A DNA stretch of 63,214 bases, the filler included, from Hyphochytrium catenoides (Eukaryota > Protista > Hyphochytriomycota), in NCBI GenBank assembly GCA_900088475.1. It is 6 parts of 6 records of this genome, joined end to end, with 100 filler letters (N's around TTAATTAATTAA, not from the genome) between each part and the next. Parts side by side here need not be neighbours in the genome. Positions count along the whole stretch, not along the records: positions 56,421 to 63,214 come from FLMG01004019.1; 5 more parts are not named here. One strand, 5' to 3'. The stretch's first letter is position 1. Every line of letters begins with the position of its first letter. The notes under the pieces were generated by a model, which had not been told where the DNA came from, ran no database searches, and saw only the letters and a list, made by a program, of their open reading frames with translations. The position numbers and the translations under genes are program-made. This document shows positions 62,715 through 63,214 of this stretch, piece after piece.

Positions 62715-63028
62715 ACACGGTGATATCGTCCAGATAGATGAAGCAGATCTTGCCGATGTAATCTCCCAGAATATCATACATGATATGATTGAAAATGGCA
62801 GGAGCGGACTTCAGACCCATAGGCATGACGAGGCATTCGTGCGAGCCGAACAAAGGTGTGTTGAGCCCCTTTTTATGCACGTCGGACTCCGCCACTCACA
62901 TCTGATAGTATCCCTTGGTTAGATTAATGCTGCTGAAAACCTTGTTCCCATGCAGCTTGGAGCCAATGGCATCGAAAGATGGCAAGGCGAAGTTAAACTT
63001 CTGGCTGACTTGATTCAGCGCTTGGTAG

Positions 63029-63214
63029 TGTTGGATTTGTATGGGACGATTGGACAATGTCATTACCTGAGAGTGCTCTACCTATAAGCCCAACGGGGGG
63101 TCCCATAATCTAGAGCTATTCTGACTATGCCAACTATTCCTAATAAACCCTAAGATATGGAGTTATAGTGATATCCCTGTCTAGAATAGTCAGTCCTGGA
63201 GGTATCCTGGGGTA
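63029..63214 (+). mobile_element. LINE-like family fragment truncating the Gypsy RT
   Basis: Reverse complement of ~45325-45512. Confidence 0.75.

Larger units (their letters stand above)
60350..63028 (-). mobile_element. Degenerate Ty3/Gypsy LTR retrotransposon pol (RT - RNase H - integrase)
   Basis: VMPMGLKSAPAIF, IYLDDITVFS, KFLGF, FLGLTGFYRKFI, YSVYDKE, WTDHHS, NVVADALS, HHCC zinc region, IISDRNSKFTSAFW, HRPQTDGQTEIVN and KLLPRYSG, in Gypsy domain order with frameshifts. Confidence 0.95.

Noticed and set aside
60350-63028. The adjacent Gypsy element as the autonomous partner of the TRIM
   Set aside because: It is an insertion target, its own LTRs are not visible, and the TRIM's GGGGGAG-TGTTG junction looks more Copia-like. 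Unresolved.

Overview
Eukaryotic, intron-rich genomic DNA with GT-AG introns of mostly 50-400 bp. A protist, possibly a stramenopile, is inferred from gene content but not proven. The window is six scaffolds joined by artificial 100-bp N-TTAATTAATTAA-N spacers, so adjacency across those spacers is not real. Recognisable genes: a Rieske-domain protein, a PTPS-III-type pterin enzyme, a glutaredoxin-like/BioD-like ATPase fusion, a PH-TM-CRAL-TRIO protein, CMC4, a two-domain Kazal inhibitor, a divergent importin-alpha, a secreted CocE/NonD hydrolase, a class II HDAC, a PP2C, an SLC35F6-like transporter and a ~1200-aa intronless membrane protein. Decayed LINE and Ty3/Gypsy elements are also present. 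The standout is a 622-bp miniature LTR retrotransposon (TRIM, 59397-60018). Each of its LTRs carries an 81-nt tRNA-like gene whose 3' end, after CCA addition, is complementary to the element's own primer-binding site, so the element appears to encode its own reverse-transcription primer. A third LTR plus a PBS stub sits just after the YLDD motif of a Gypsy RT. All alignments and exon joins were made by eye, so boundaries may be off by a few bases.
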